Source: Andalucia godoyi And28 (lineage: Eukaryota; Protista; Jakobida). From it: a stretch of DNA of 64,000 bases. The notes below the pieces were generated by a model. It did no database searches, was not told where the DNA came from, and saw only the letters and a list, made by a program, of their open reading frames with translations. Every line of letters begins with the position of its first letter. Positions within the stretch are counted from its first letter, which is position 1. The stretch is from assembly GCA_009859145.1 (NCBI GenBank), contig VRVR01000014.1:127618-191617 (forward strand), written 5' to 3'. This document shows positions 31,929 through 42,100 of the stretch, piece after piece. A program made the translations under genes and the position numbers.

Positions 31929-34900
31929 CCATCATCGTCCCAAGGCAAGCTACCAGGAATGGGGTGCATTTCTACAAACGTTCTATGTCATGTTGTGAAC
32001 GTAACGCATGTCCAGATATTGAAGGACATTGTCTCGTTGACGAGCTCGATCCGATAAACGATCGATCAGTTCGCGTTTGTTTTTGCCTGATTTCGAGAGA
32101 CTCCAAGCTGCACATATATCAGATAACTGCTTCTGCTTCAGTTTTTGTCTGGCTTCTCCTGTAAGGCCACTCCACCAAGTCATATTCCTGGCCAAATCAT
32201 CAGGTGCAGGACGAGAAGACATGGAATTGCCAGCCAAAAAGAGCCGCGACTGAAATCGATGCAGCATTTCGTCTGGTATCTGTTTCCCGCTTAAATCTGT
32301 CAGATCCAACAACCCAATCAAGCCGTGAAGACGCACTCGATTTGGGTCTGCATTGTGCTCATGTACGTGCATCCATACGACGTCAGAGAACCCTGCAGTG
32401 GATACTACCAAACGGACAATTGGCATTTCCGGATGTGCAGCTACAAAACTGCGTACTTTCCGCTTTGTTTCATCAGATGCGTTAGAGAACACGCGTTCCA
32501 AATCCAAACTCCTAAGGGCAGCGTTAAATGACCCAGCGCTTTGTCCACCATGTAAGGGAGCATTCGTACCCTTGAGCTGAACAAAAACTAGCTTACCGTG
32601 GGTGTCCTGAAAGCCGATATCAGGACCACAGCTTTCTGGAGGGAACACAAGAAGCTTATCCTCAAATATACGACGGTACACATCATCGGAAGTTCCACAG
32701 GCAATGCAGCGCCCTTCCGAAGGAAAGATGGAACCATGCAAATAGACACTGTGTGCCAGGATACAAACTGCAAATGCTGATTCCAATAAAGTTCCGCGAA
32801 CTCTGGCTGCAGGAGTCGGTGGGATGACTGCCATCAGTTCCTCGTCCACGGTATTTAGGTACTCCAGCACCGTCCGACAATGATCCTCGTGTGCAATCTT
32901 CAAAACTGCAACTTGTGAAATAAACTCAGCAATCCGCCCCTGCGAATCAAGAGGAGCCACCCAACTGCTAAAAATGTTCGCACTAGCATCTCGATCAAAA
33001 CGGCACACCTTAAAGTCATCAAGTACAGAAGAACAAATAGCACGCCTGACAATGTCACCAACACTTCTACCTCGGTTCACGACTACTTTACTGGTCGCGA
33101 CTCCCTTCGTGTTGCCCTTCTGTGTTTCCACTGCATCATTCCATGCATCATCAAGAATGCTCCTTGTGAGTGGTGACACAGTCTGGCGGGATGCACGACG
33201 CAGTTCAGAGGCAAGAAGCGATGCAAACATCGGCCGACCCGCAAACCTTTCCAAGTCTGCCACCCCCGAGTACGTGCCTGGGGTAGCACGGACTGCAGTT
33301 TCCAAAACTTGGCAGATGTCAGCGGCATTAAGAAGGGGTAGCTTCTTGAAGAGCTGTAGATTATTACGCGTAAACGGAGAAGTGCCTTCTTGAAGCCTTA
33401 CAAATAGCCTCATTTCGGTGGAACACGCAAGAAAAGCGCACAATTGCGTCGGAAGCGCTATGAGATCGAGCGCAGATCGCATGGTAGCGTAAAGAAAATC
33501 GTGTAATTCTGATTCTCCATATCGGGAAAGTTTCCCAACAACGGTTGAATTGACTTTGGTAAGCCAACGTCGACACACGTCATGCTGAGCATCCGTATCA
33601 GTCACCAACTCATCATCGCGACTAATGCATGATACGTATCGCAAATGGGCCAGTTGATGAATCTCATCGATGAACAGAATAACCTGTTGTCCCGTCAGAC
33701 GTTTTGAAAGTGCATTGATCCAGTCAATCAGGTCTGTCGCAGAAAAACCAGAATTGTACTTTTCGACCACGCGACTCTTCACTTCAGTTTGCACAACTCG
33801 ATGATCAAGAGAGACTGCAGCAATCAAGTGTCGGCATTCCGGCTTTAATCGCAAGGATTCTGCTTGAATCGAGTCGAAGATATCGCAATGTACTTCCAGA
33901 ACGGAAAGTAAAAAGAGTGAGGCAATACGCATGACAGATCTCGAGTACTCCACTATATGCTCAAAACAGGCGGTATAGTTCCCATCGAGATACAAGGTTT
34001 CAACTTCCGGTCGCACAACATCATTCGTCAGGTGCTTTAGAATTTCTTCAAGTGCTACCAACAATTCATGTGTAGAGGACATGAACCGAAGAGAAGCAAC
34101 TCTGGTGTTCTGACGCAACGCCAAGGCGAGAGCCGCGTGCGTCTTTCCAAAGCCAGGCGCTTGGATGCACGCAACGACAGCGCGCAGTTGAGCATTGGAC
34201 TCTTCGAAGGTGTGCCTTCTGATGAGTTCAAAAAGTTCTGCAATGCCATTGCCGACTTCAATCGGTAGGAAAGGCGAGTCATCTCGACTATCTTGGAGTC
34301 GGCAAGTAATGTCCAAGGCCAACTCCCTCACACTGAACACACTGCTCATCCTTCGTCAAACGGAATATCGCGCTTCTTCACGTCTTTCACGGTCTCTAAC
34401 TTGCTGATTTTTGTCAAAATTTTGTCACATTTTTGCAAAATGTTGTGCAATGTTGATTTTCAATCTTCGAGTTTAAGCCATGAGACGTGAGATAGCGGTA
34501 AGCTGTACGACCGATATTGGGCCACTCTGACGCATGGCCCCTGAGCTGCCAAGTGAGAACCCTGACCAAGGATAGGGTTTTGTGAGCTGTAAGAGAAGCG
34601 GATACAGACTTTGCCCAAACTCCTCTAGTTCTGTATCGTGCATATGTGGGAGGCTCATTGTTTCTTGTCTGCACTGTAAAAAACATGAATATTTAAATGG
34701 TCCCAATGTAAATTCGTTAGGCAGCCAATGGATTGGTAACCTCTCCCGCGTCTTGTCCATCATCGTCCCAACCCTCGAGAGAAGACCCGTGAATATGATC
34801 ATCGTTGACAGAAGAAGCAAAAGATGCATGTAACAGTACAGCTGTATATTTGAGTACCATAAATGTATATGAAATTTTCATGGTCAGGGCCGCGTTTTTC

Positions 34901-34942
34901 GTGATATTTCATGGTCATAATATTTATACCTGTACTGATTCA
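31929..34942. mobile_element. 3014 bp insert carrying the NTPase-nuclease gene, bounded by the long direct duplication
   Basis: Unique sequence between the two 583 bp copies; 20 bp repeat CTTGTCCATCATCGTCCCAA at 31924-31943 and 34752-34771; mobility is inferred. Confidence 0.5.
31983..34349 (-). CDS. P-loop NTPase + PD-(D/E)xK-type nuclease + SAP domain protein (CR/Crinkler-like)
   Basis: Walker A APGFGKT, Walker B ILFIDE, FAGRP, nuclease motifs GTLLE...GPDIGF...FVQLK, C-terminal LKQKQLSDICAAWSLSKSGKNKRELIDRL. Confidence 0.8.
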   Translation of the reverse strand: MSSVFSVRELALDITCRLQDSRDDSPFLPIEVGNGIAELFELIRRHTFEESNAQLRAVVACIQAPGFGKTHAALALALRQNTRVASLRFMSSTHELLVALEEILKHLTNDVVRPEVETLYLDGNYTACFEHIVEYSRSVMRIASLFLLSVLEVHCDIFDSIQAESLRLKPECRHLIAAVSLDHRVVQTEVKSRVVEKYNSGFSATDLIDWINALSKRLTGQQVILFIDEIHQLAHLRYVSCISRDDELVTDTDAQHDVCRRWLTKVNSTVVGKLSRYGESELHDFLYATMRSALDLIALPTQLCAFLACSTEMRLFVRLQEGTSPFTRNNLQLFKKLPLLNAADICQVLETAVRATPGTYSGVADLERFAGRPMFASLLASELRRASRQTVSPLTRSILDDAWNDAVETQKGNTKGVATSKVVVNRGRSVGDIVRRAICSSVLDDFKVCRFDRDASANIFSSWVAPLDSQGRIAEFISQVAVLKIAHEDHCRTVLEYLNTVDEELMAVIPPTPAARVRGTLLESAFAVCILAHSVYLHGSIFPSEGRCIACGTSDDVYRRIFEDKLLVFPPESCGPDIGFQDTHGKLVFVQLKGTNAPLHGGQSAGSFNAALRSLDLERVFSNASDETKRKVRSFVAAHPEMPIVRLVVSTAGFSDVVWMHVHEHNADPNRVRLHGLIGLLDLTDLSGKQIPDEMLHRFQSRLFLAGNSMSSRPAPDDLARNMTWWSGLTGEARQKLKQKQLSDICAAWSLSKSGKNKRELIDRLSDRARQRDNVLQYLDMRYVHNMT

Positions 34943-35525
34943 ACATCCTGTTCGAAGCGCCTGCTGTCGACCTGGTGCACGACAAGGTATTCAACTTTTT
35001 GTACTCGATGGCGATGGACGACTTTGCAGGAAAGGATGCGCAGCGCGACTGGTCTTACACGTACGATACGCTGCTTATTGGATCCAACTTGGGAACGCAT
35101 GGGGAAAGCGGTATTTGGCTCAGTGGAGTCGATCAGTCCCAGCCACTTTCGCCAACAGATGCATCTCTAAAGATTGCAGATCTCCCGAGCTAAAGAGCCG
35201 ACCGGAATCCCGGTCATGCGCTTCCTGTGTTTTCTGCCTGCGCTTCTGCGTTTCCCCCATCCGTTCATGCTGTTCGGAGGCTCGGAGCTGTGAGCGTGAG
35301 AGGGGGTGTTCGTTATTGTTGTTTTTTTTTCTTGGGGGGGAGGAAAGCCGGAGTGACGATGGACTGGCGTGCATGGAGAAAGACGAACGGAAGAGCATTG
35401 TCTGAATTTTCTGGGTGAGTGGGGGTAAATACGAGTATTAAAAAAAAAAAGATAGGATGTGTGCAGGACGATGGATGCCAAGGGCGCACTTGCTTGCCAA
35501 AAGCGGTCTCGTCCACTCGGCTTGT
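34943..35525 (+). repeat. 583 bp direct repeat, right copy (contains a headless 3' fragment of the vanin-like gene, to 35193)
   Basis: Direct comparison with 31346-31928. Confidence 0.95.
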
Positions 35526-36166
35526 GCATACAGATGCGGGATCTTCGATCCGGCAAATCCATCAACCGGAGGGCGACTGTGCTTCGCCGTTGCGAACGGT
35601 TTACAAAATCTGTGGAACCTGTTCTCAGCATGTCCATCAGATGCCGGACTCGTTCTGGAATCTGGAAGCACAGAGTCTTTGGAATGCTCATGCACCGGAA
35701 GCGAAGTTACAGACGCCGTCGAATCAGCACTGACATTCGTCCGAGCAATGCGGTCCCGACTTGGGAGTTGAACCTGTGACGAATGACACTCGGCTTTCTC
35801 CGCCAACGCAACGAGGGTTGGATGCGTCAGAACCGAGAACTGAGAGGGACCTCGGGGGGGGGGGAGGGGAAACCGAACGCCTTTTCATCTTTGCGCCTGG
35901 CTTCGCTTTGACTCGTCGCGTCTTTTTCTTTCCTCTTCTTCCTCTTCTTCCTCTTCCTCTTCTTCCTCTTCCTCTTCGTACATATTTCTGTCATAACATT
36001 TGCCCCCGCGTGTCACTACATTTTTGTACGACATTATTTTGTGCGATTCGTCTTTGTTTCTTTTTGTGTTTTCGATTTGTCTTTTGTTATTTATTATACA
36101 GTCTTCGTTTGCGGGGGAGGAAGGTGGAGCTTCATTCAAAAAGGATCTCCGTTTTGCTGACCCGAA

Positions 36167-39100
36167 ATGAACCTGGTTCGGTGTTTAACGGTTCTTGCCG
36201 TCGTCGTATCCTTGGCCATTGCTTCGGCCTCGGACTGCGATGACATGGCTCGAAACGTGTGCGTGTCGGCATGTACAGAGTCGGAGCGATGCTTTCAGCA
36301 AGTTCGCCTGACATGCAATGACGACGACGCGCTTCCTTATATTTCCGAGTTCCACATCAAGCGTGAGGAACTCGGCTGGGATACGTGTGGTGGCCCTCTG
36401 TGCTCTCCGTGTAACAACAACGGTCAGTGCGTGGATGGAGCCTGTATCTGTAATGCCGGCTACAAGGGCGCCTATTGCGATGACTTCTCGGATCTGTGTC
36501 CTGACAAGTGCCATGGCCGAGGTGTGTGTGTTGGAGCCAACAAGTGCCGATGCCAGGAAGGCTGGGGCGGAGTCACCTGCGGAGTGCCGAACTTGCAGTC
36601 AGACAACTGCTGTGCCGCAGGCTGCTCTGGAAAGGGAACGTGCACTGGCGGACGCTGTGTGTGCAACGCCGGCTTCTACGGAGAGGATTGCTCACGACCA
36701 GTCCCGAGCTCTGTCGGTGTCGGATTGTGCCAGGCGACTGGTGATCCTCACTACAAGACCTTTGACAACCTCTACTACGACTTCCAGGGCATTGGTATCT
36801 ACTACCTGCTCTGGTCTCCCGACCTTATCGTTCAGGAGTGGCATCGTCCGTACATAGCCAACCCAGCTGCGTGGATCAACCAAGCCGTCGCGTTCAAGTA
36901 CAAGTCCACAACGGTGGAAGTGTACAACGGTGATCTTGGCGGTCCTCCAGTTGTGTACATCAACAGCCAGCTGGTGAACCCTCCTACTGTGAACACTCGA
37001 GTCGGCGATATCATCTATCGCCGCAATCCTGCATCCCGTATGAATCTGTACTTCCAGTTTGATTGGATTGCCAACATCACGCTCAACATCGGCACCATCT
37101 GGAGTATTGAAAACTACATTGACACGTACATCTACCTCTCCAACGGGTATTACACCCAGACTGGTGGAATGTGCGGAAAATGGGATAGCAATGCTGGAAA
37201 TGATCTCATTCCTCGTGGATCGGACACTCCAGTTGCCTCAAACAGGATCTATGACACCTTTGCGCCTTCGTGGCGCGTCTCCTGCGCAGAAAAACTGCTG
37301 CGCTTGGCGCCCGCGTCCGAGTGTAACATTCAGCCCTTTCCGAAGCCTCCTGCGCCCGGACATTGCGCGGCAATCGACGATGCTGCCAAGCAGGTATGTA
37401 AGCTTGCCTGCTCAGCATTCGATCGTTGCTTAATGGATGTCCATGCGTCTTGCGATCTGTCGGCTGCTGACCCTCACGTGGAGTCATTCACAAGGTACAG
37501 GAACCTGTACAAGTATGATCTTTGCGGAGGTGACGACTGGTGCTCTCCTTGCTCAGGCCACGGTACGTGTGACTCGCGCACCGGTGTGTGCACCTGCCAG
37601 GCCGGTTGGACCGGTGCAGCAGACTGCTCTGTCGCCACGGGCCAAGCTTGCAACAACGTTGATTGCTCCAACAACGGAATCTGTGTCCGTGGAGCGTGTT
37701 CATGTAATGCTGGTTGGAAGGGAAACAAATGCCAGACGCCGGATCCACGCACCTGCCCCAACAACTGCAACGGGCATGGAACATGCCAGGCCAACGGAGT
37801 CTGTGCTTGCAATCCGCGCTACTATGGTGTCGGATGCGAGAAAACCTACTCGGGCCGCGTTCCCTCGCAAGGAAAGTGCTCTTCGATTGGCGATCCGCAC
37901 GTATTCGGTTTTGACGGTGGACGATTTTCATATCAGCAAGGCGGCACTCATGATTTGGTTCGGTCCTCTGATGGCTCTTTCATCGTCCAGGCGTGGGCGT
38001 TGCCTGCATGGGCTGGTTCGCGCGTGCGCACCAACCGAGCTTTTGCCGTTCGATATGGCAATTCCATCTTGGAAGTGGAGTCGAATCCTGCAGGGCGCTT
38101 GACCGAGCCGGTGATCCGATTCAATGGTCAGACCCGTGCTTTCCACAATGCTCTGTCGTTTTCGTCGTCCTCCATGAAGGTCACGGTTTCAAACCGAGGC
38201 TGCTACTTTGGTATTGATATCTTGTTCATCTCTTCGAATCCCGTGTTTGGAGGATCGATTTCCCTGCAAGTTCGCAACAGAATTGACATCTTCATCACCC
38301 TGAACAACGGCTGGCTGGGACGAATCCGTGGATTGTGCGGCAACTTCAATGGCCAACAGTCGGACGACTTCAGCCTTCCTGATGGTACTGTTGTTCCGAG
38401 GACGCAGCAAGATCGGTTCGTAAATTCGTGGGCAACCCCGTGCGACAGGATCATTCTGCAAGTTCCGGCCGCCGAGGACCACTGCAGGAATCCTCCTGCT
38501 CCGGTTCCGGCTCCCGCTCCCGCCCCCTGCACTGGCATTGATTTCGCCACTGCTGCAGAACTGTGCACCCATTCTTGTGTGTCGTACGCTGAGTGCATGT
38601 ACGATGTGTTCTCCTCCTGCGATCTGTCGTTGGCGGATGCGCATCAGCAGGTGCATCTGTTCCACGGTCCGAACTGGGGCCTGGAGGCATGCTGTGGTGC
38701 TCCTGTCAAGGATTGCTCCAAGAATGGCATGTACTCCGTCATCGAGCAAAAGTGCAAGTGCTTCAGTGGATGGTCCGGAGATGACTGCCAGTTCCCTGTT
38801 TGCGACGGTGGATGTGGCCGCTTCGGATCCTGCTCTACTCCTGGAAAGTGCTGCTGCCCTGCGGGATACTACGGTACCAGTTGCCAGAACTCGTATTGCG
38901 CGGCGCTTCATGACTGCAATGGACATGGCCAATGTGCCGATGCCACTGGAAAGTGCACATGCACACGCACTGCGCAGGAAGGTTACTGGACTGGAGATTC
39001 GTGCAATCAGTGTATGGCTGGTCGCTTTGGTCCGACGTGCACAGGATCGTGCCCGGGATATGGCAGCACCAACGGAATCTGCACTGGGCACGGAACGTGC

Positions 39101-42100
39101 AACGAAGGCGTCACTGGAAACGGGCAATGTTCTTGCTTCGCGGATGCGACGCGTGGATTCTGGGCAGGACCCACCTGCTCACAGTGTGCTCCGGGATATG
39201 GCGGTGTTGGATGCAAGACCCCCTGCCCACGCGATTCTGCTGGAAGAATCTGTGGTGGTCATGGATCGTGCTCTGCCGTTGATGCCAAGTGCACGTGCAA
39301 CTCCGACGACTCCGTTGGTTACTGGACGGGTGATGCATGCACGGACTGCCAGGAAGGCTTTGGCGGCCCCGGATGCATCCTCCGATGCCCGCGCACGAAT
39401 GCTGGCATTTGCAACGGTCATGGATTTTGCCATTTGTTTGACGCCACGTGCTATTGTTATGACGATGCTTCTCATGGACACTGGACCGGTGCAAAGTGTG
39501 ATCAGTGTGCTGCTGGTTATGGTGGTGCGGATTGCAAGACCGCCTGCCCTGCGACTGCCGGAAGCACCTGCTCTGGTCACGGAACGTGCCTCTCGTCCAA
39601 CGCGACTTGCAGCTGCTATGCCGACAGCCAACATGGTTTCTGGACTGGTCCTAAATGCGACCAGTGCCTCTACGGATATGGCGGTCCCGATTGCAAGTCA
39701 ACATGCCCTGCGAATGCACAAGGAATCTGTTCTGCGCACGGTCTCTGCTCGGCGGTCGACGCCAGCTGCACATGCTTCGATGACTCTACCAACGGACACT
39801 TTTCTGGGTCTGATTGCTCAGCTTGCAAGGCCGGCTATTGGCTCGGATCTCAGTGCAAGCAGAGCTGCCCTGGTTTTGGAACTGCCGTTGGAGTGTGCGC
39901 GAACCACGGTACGTGCAACCAAGCAGACGGATCTTGCAGCTGCTTTGAGGATGCCCAGCAGGGATACTGGGAGGCACCGCTCTGCGCAGACTGCGCTCCT
40001 GGCTACGGAGGTGCCCTCTGTAATGAAGGATGCCCTGGACTTGGAACTCCTGGTGGAGTGTGCTCTGGTCATGGACAGTGCAACGAACAAGATGCGAGCT
40101 GCACTTGCCAGCAAGACGCTGTGCACGGATTCTGGACTGGTTACAAGTGCGATCATTGCAAGGACGGCTACGCTGGAGACAACTGCAAGATCGAATGCCA
40201 AGGATTGCAAACTCCGGGAGGTGTTTGCTCCGGTCACGGGCAGTGCCGAGCGGCGGATGGCAGCTGCGATTGCAGCTCGGATCCGGACAACGGATACTGG
40301 ACTGGTGCCGACTGCGACCGCTGCATTGACGGCTATGCTGGACCCCTTTGTTCTATTCAGTGCCCTGGCTACCACTCTGCTTTGGGTGTGTGCTCGGGAC
40401 ACGGCTCATGCTCTGCGCTTGACGGCACCTGCATGTGCTCGCAGTCCGGACAGACCGGCTTCTGGACTGGCTCGGATTGCTCATCGTGTGTTGATGGATT
40501 TGGAGGTGCTCAGTGCAACGTCCAATGCCCCGGTTTGCTTGCTAACGGTCATACGACGTGTTCTGGACACGGAACGTGTGCAAGCACTGATGCTCAGTGT
40601 GTGTGTTATGACGATGAGGTGAATGGCCACTGGTCCGGAGAAGGCTGCTCGGTTTGTGCGGATGGATGGGGAGGGGAGCATTGCAATGTTGCCTGCCCCG
40701 GATTGTCCGACGGAAACGTTTGCTCTGGAAACGGAGCATGCCGTGCCGCCGATGCGACTTGCGAATGCTTCCATGAAGCCACAAAGGGATTCTGGACCGG
40801 AGTGGACTGCAATGCTTGCGACACTGGCTACGGAGGACCCTCGTGCTCTGTTGAATGCCCGCTGAATGGTGGTGCAATCTGCGGAGGACATGGAGTCTGC
40901 CAGTCTTCTGACGGTGCCTGCGACTGCTACGACGACATGGAACATGGATTTTGGACGTCTGCCGACTGCTCCACGTGTTCGTTCGGCTTTGCTGGACCGT
41001 TGTGCGCAGATGAGTGCCCAGGCTTCAGCAGCTCAGCTCATGTTGTTTGTCACGGCCACGGCCAATGCAACAACGCCGATGCGACCTGCACGTGCTTCTC
41101 GGACGCCGCTCACGGATTCTGGACTGGAGACAGCTGCGGCGAATGCGTTCGTGGATTTGGAGGATCTGATTGTGCCACTGCATGCCCTGGTTATGGTACT
41201 TTCCAGGGTGTGTGCTCTTCTCATGGTACATGCAGCCCGGTCGATGCTACGTGCCAGTGTGCTGCGGATGCAACCAATGGATTCTGGACTGGCGCTGATT
41301 GCACGGACTGTGTCTACGGATATGGTGGTCCAAGCTGCAACGTCGAATGCCCCAAACACGATGGCGAATACTGCGCTGCTCATGGCGACTGCCGTGCTGC
41401 AGACGGGGTGTGCACGTGCAAATCGGATGCTGAACACGGCTTCTGGACTGGGGCTGACTGCTCTCAATGTGCGTCTGGATATGGCGGGGCAGACTGCAAG
41501 ACCCCGTGCCCTGGAACTGGAACCGCTGCCGGGTCTTGTTCTGGACACGGAGCGTGCGATGCGTCGGATGCTCACTGTGCGTGCTTTGCCGACTCGACGC
41601 ACGGCTACTGGAGTGGTGACGCATGCGATGCTTGTGAAGCAGGTTTCGCCACGGAATCGTGCACGGTTGCATGCCCTGGTTTGAATACACCGGCCGGCGT
41701 GTGTTCTGCCCACGGATCCTGCCAGCTGTCGGACGCGACGTGCCAATGCCACGCGGACGCAGTCAATGGGTTCTGGACTGGAGCGGACTGCTCGGAATGC
41801 TTGCCTGGATACGGCGGAGAATCTTGTACTGTTGCCTGCCCTGGCACTGGAACTGCTGCCGGTCCCTGCTCAGGACACGGAACTTGCTCTGCTGCGACTG
41901 GCTCTTGTGAGTGCCATCATGATTCCTCGTCGGGATTCTGGACTGGTGCTGCTTGCGATGCCTGCGTCGATGGATATGCAACTTCCACATGCACGCAGGC
42001 TTGCCCGGGCTTCGGAACTGCCGCCGGTGTTTGCTCTGGAAATGGACAGTGCTCGCTCGTGGATGCAACGTGCTCGTGCAGTGCCGATGCTATTCATGGA

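Noticed and set aside
35750-35855. tRNA- or vault-like gene on the minus strand (GGTTCAACTCC, GGTCCC/GGGACC)
   Set aside because: T-stem forms only 2 bp, no D or anticodon arms, no poly-T terminator
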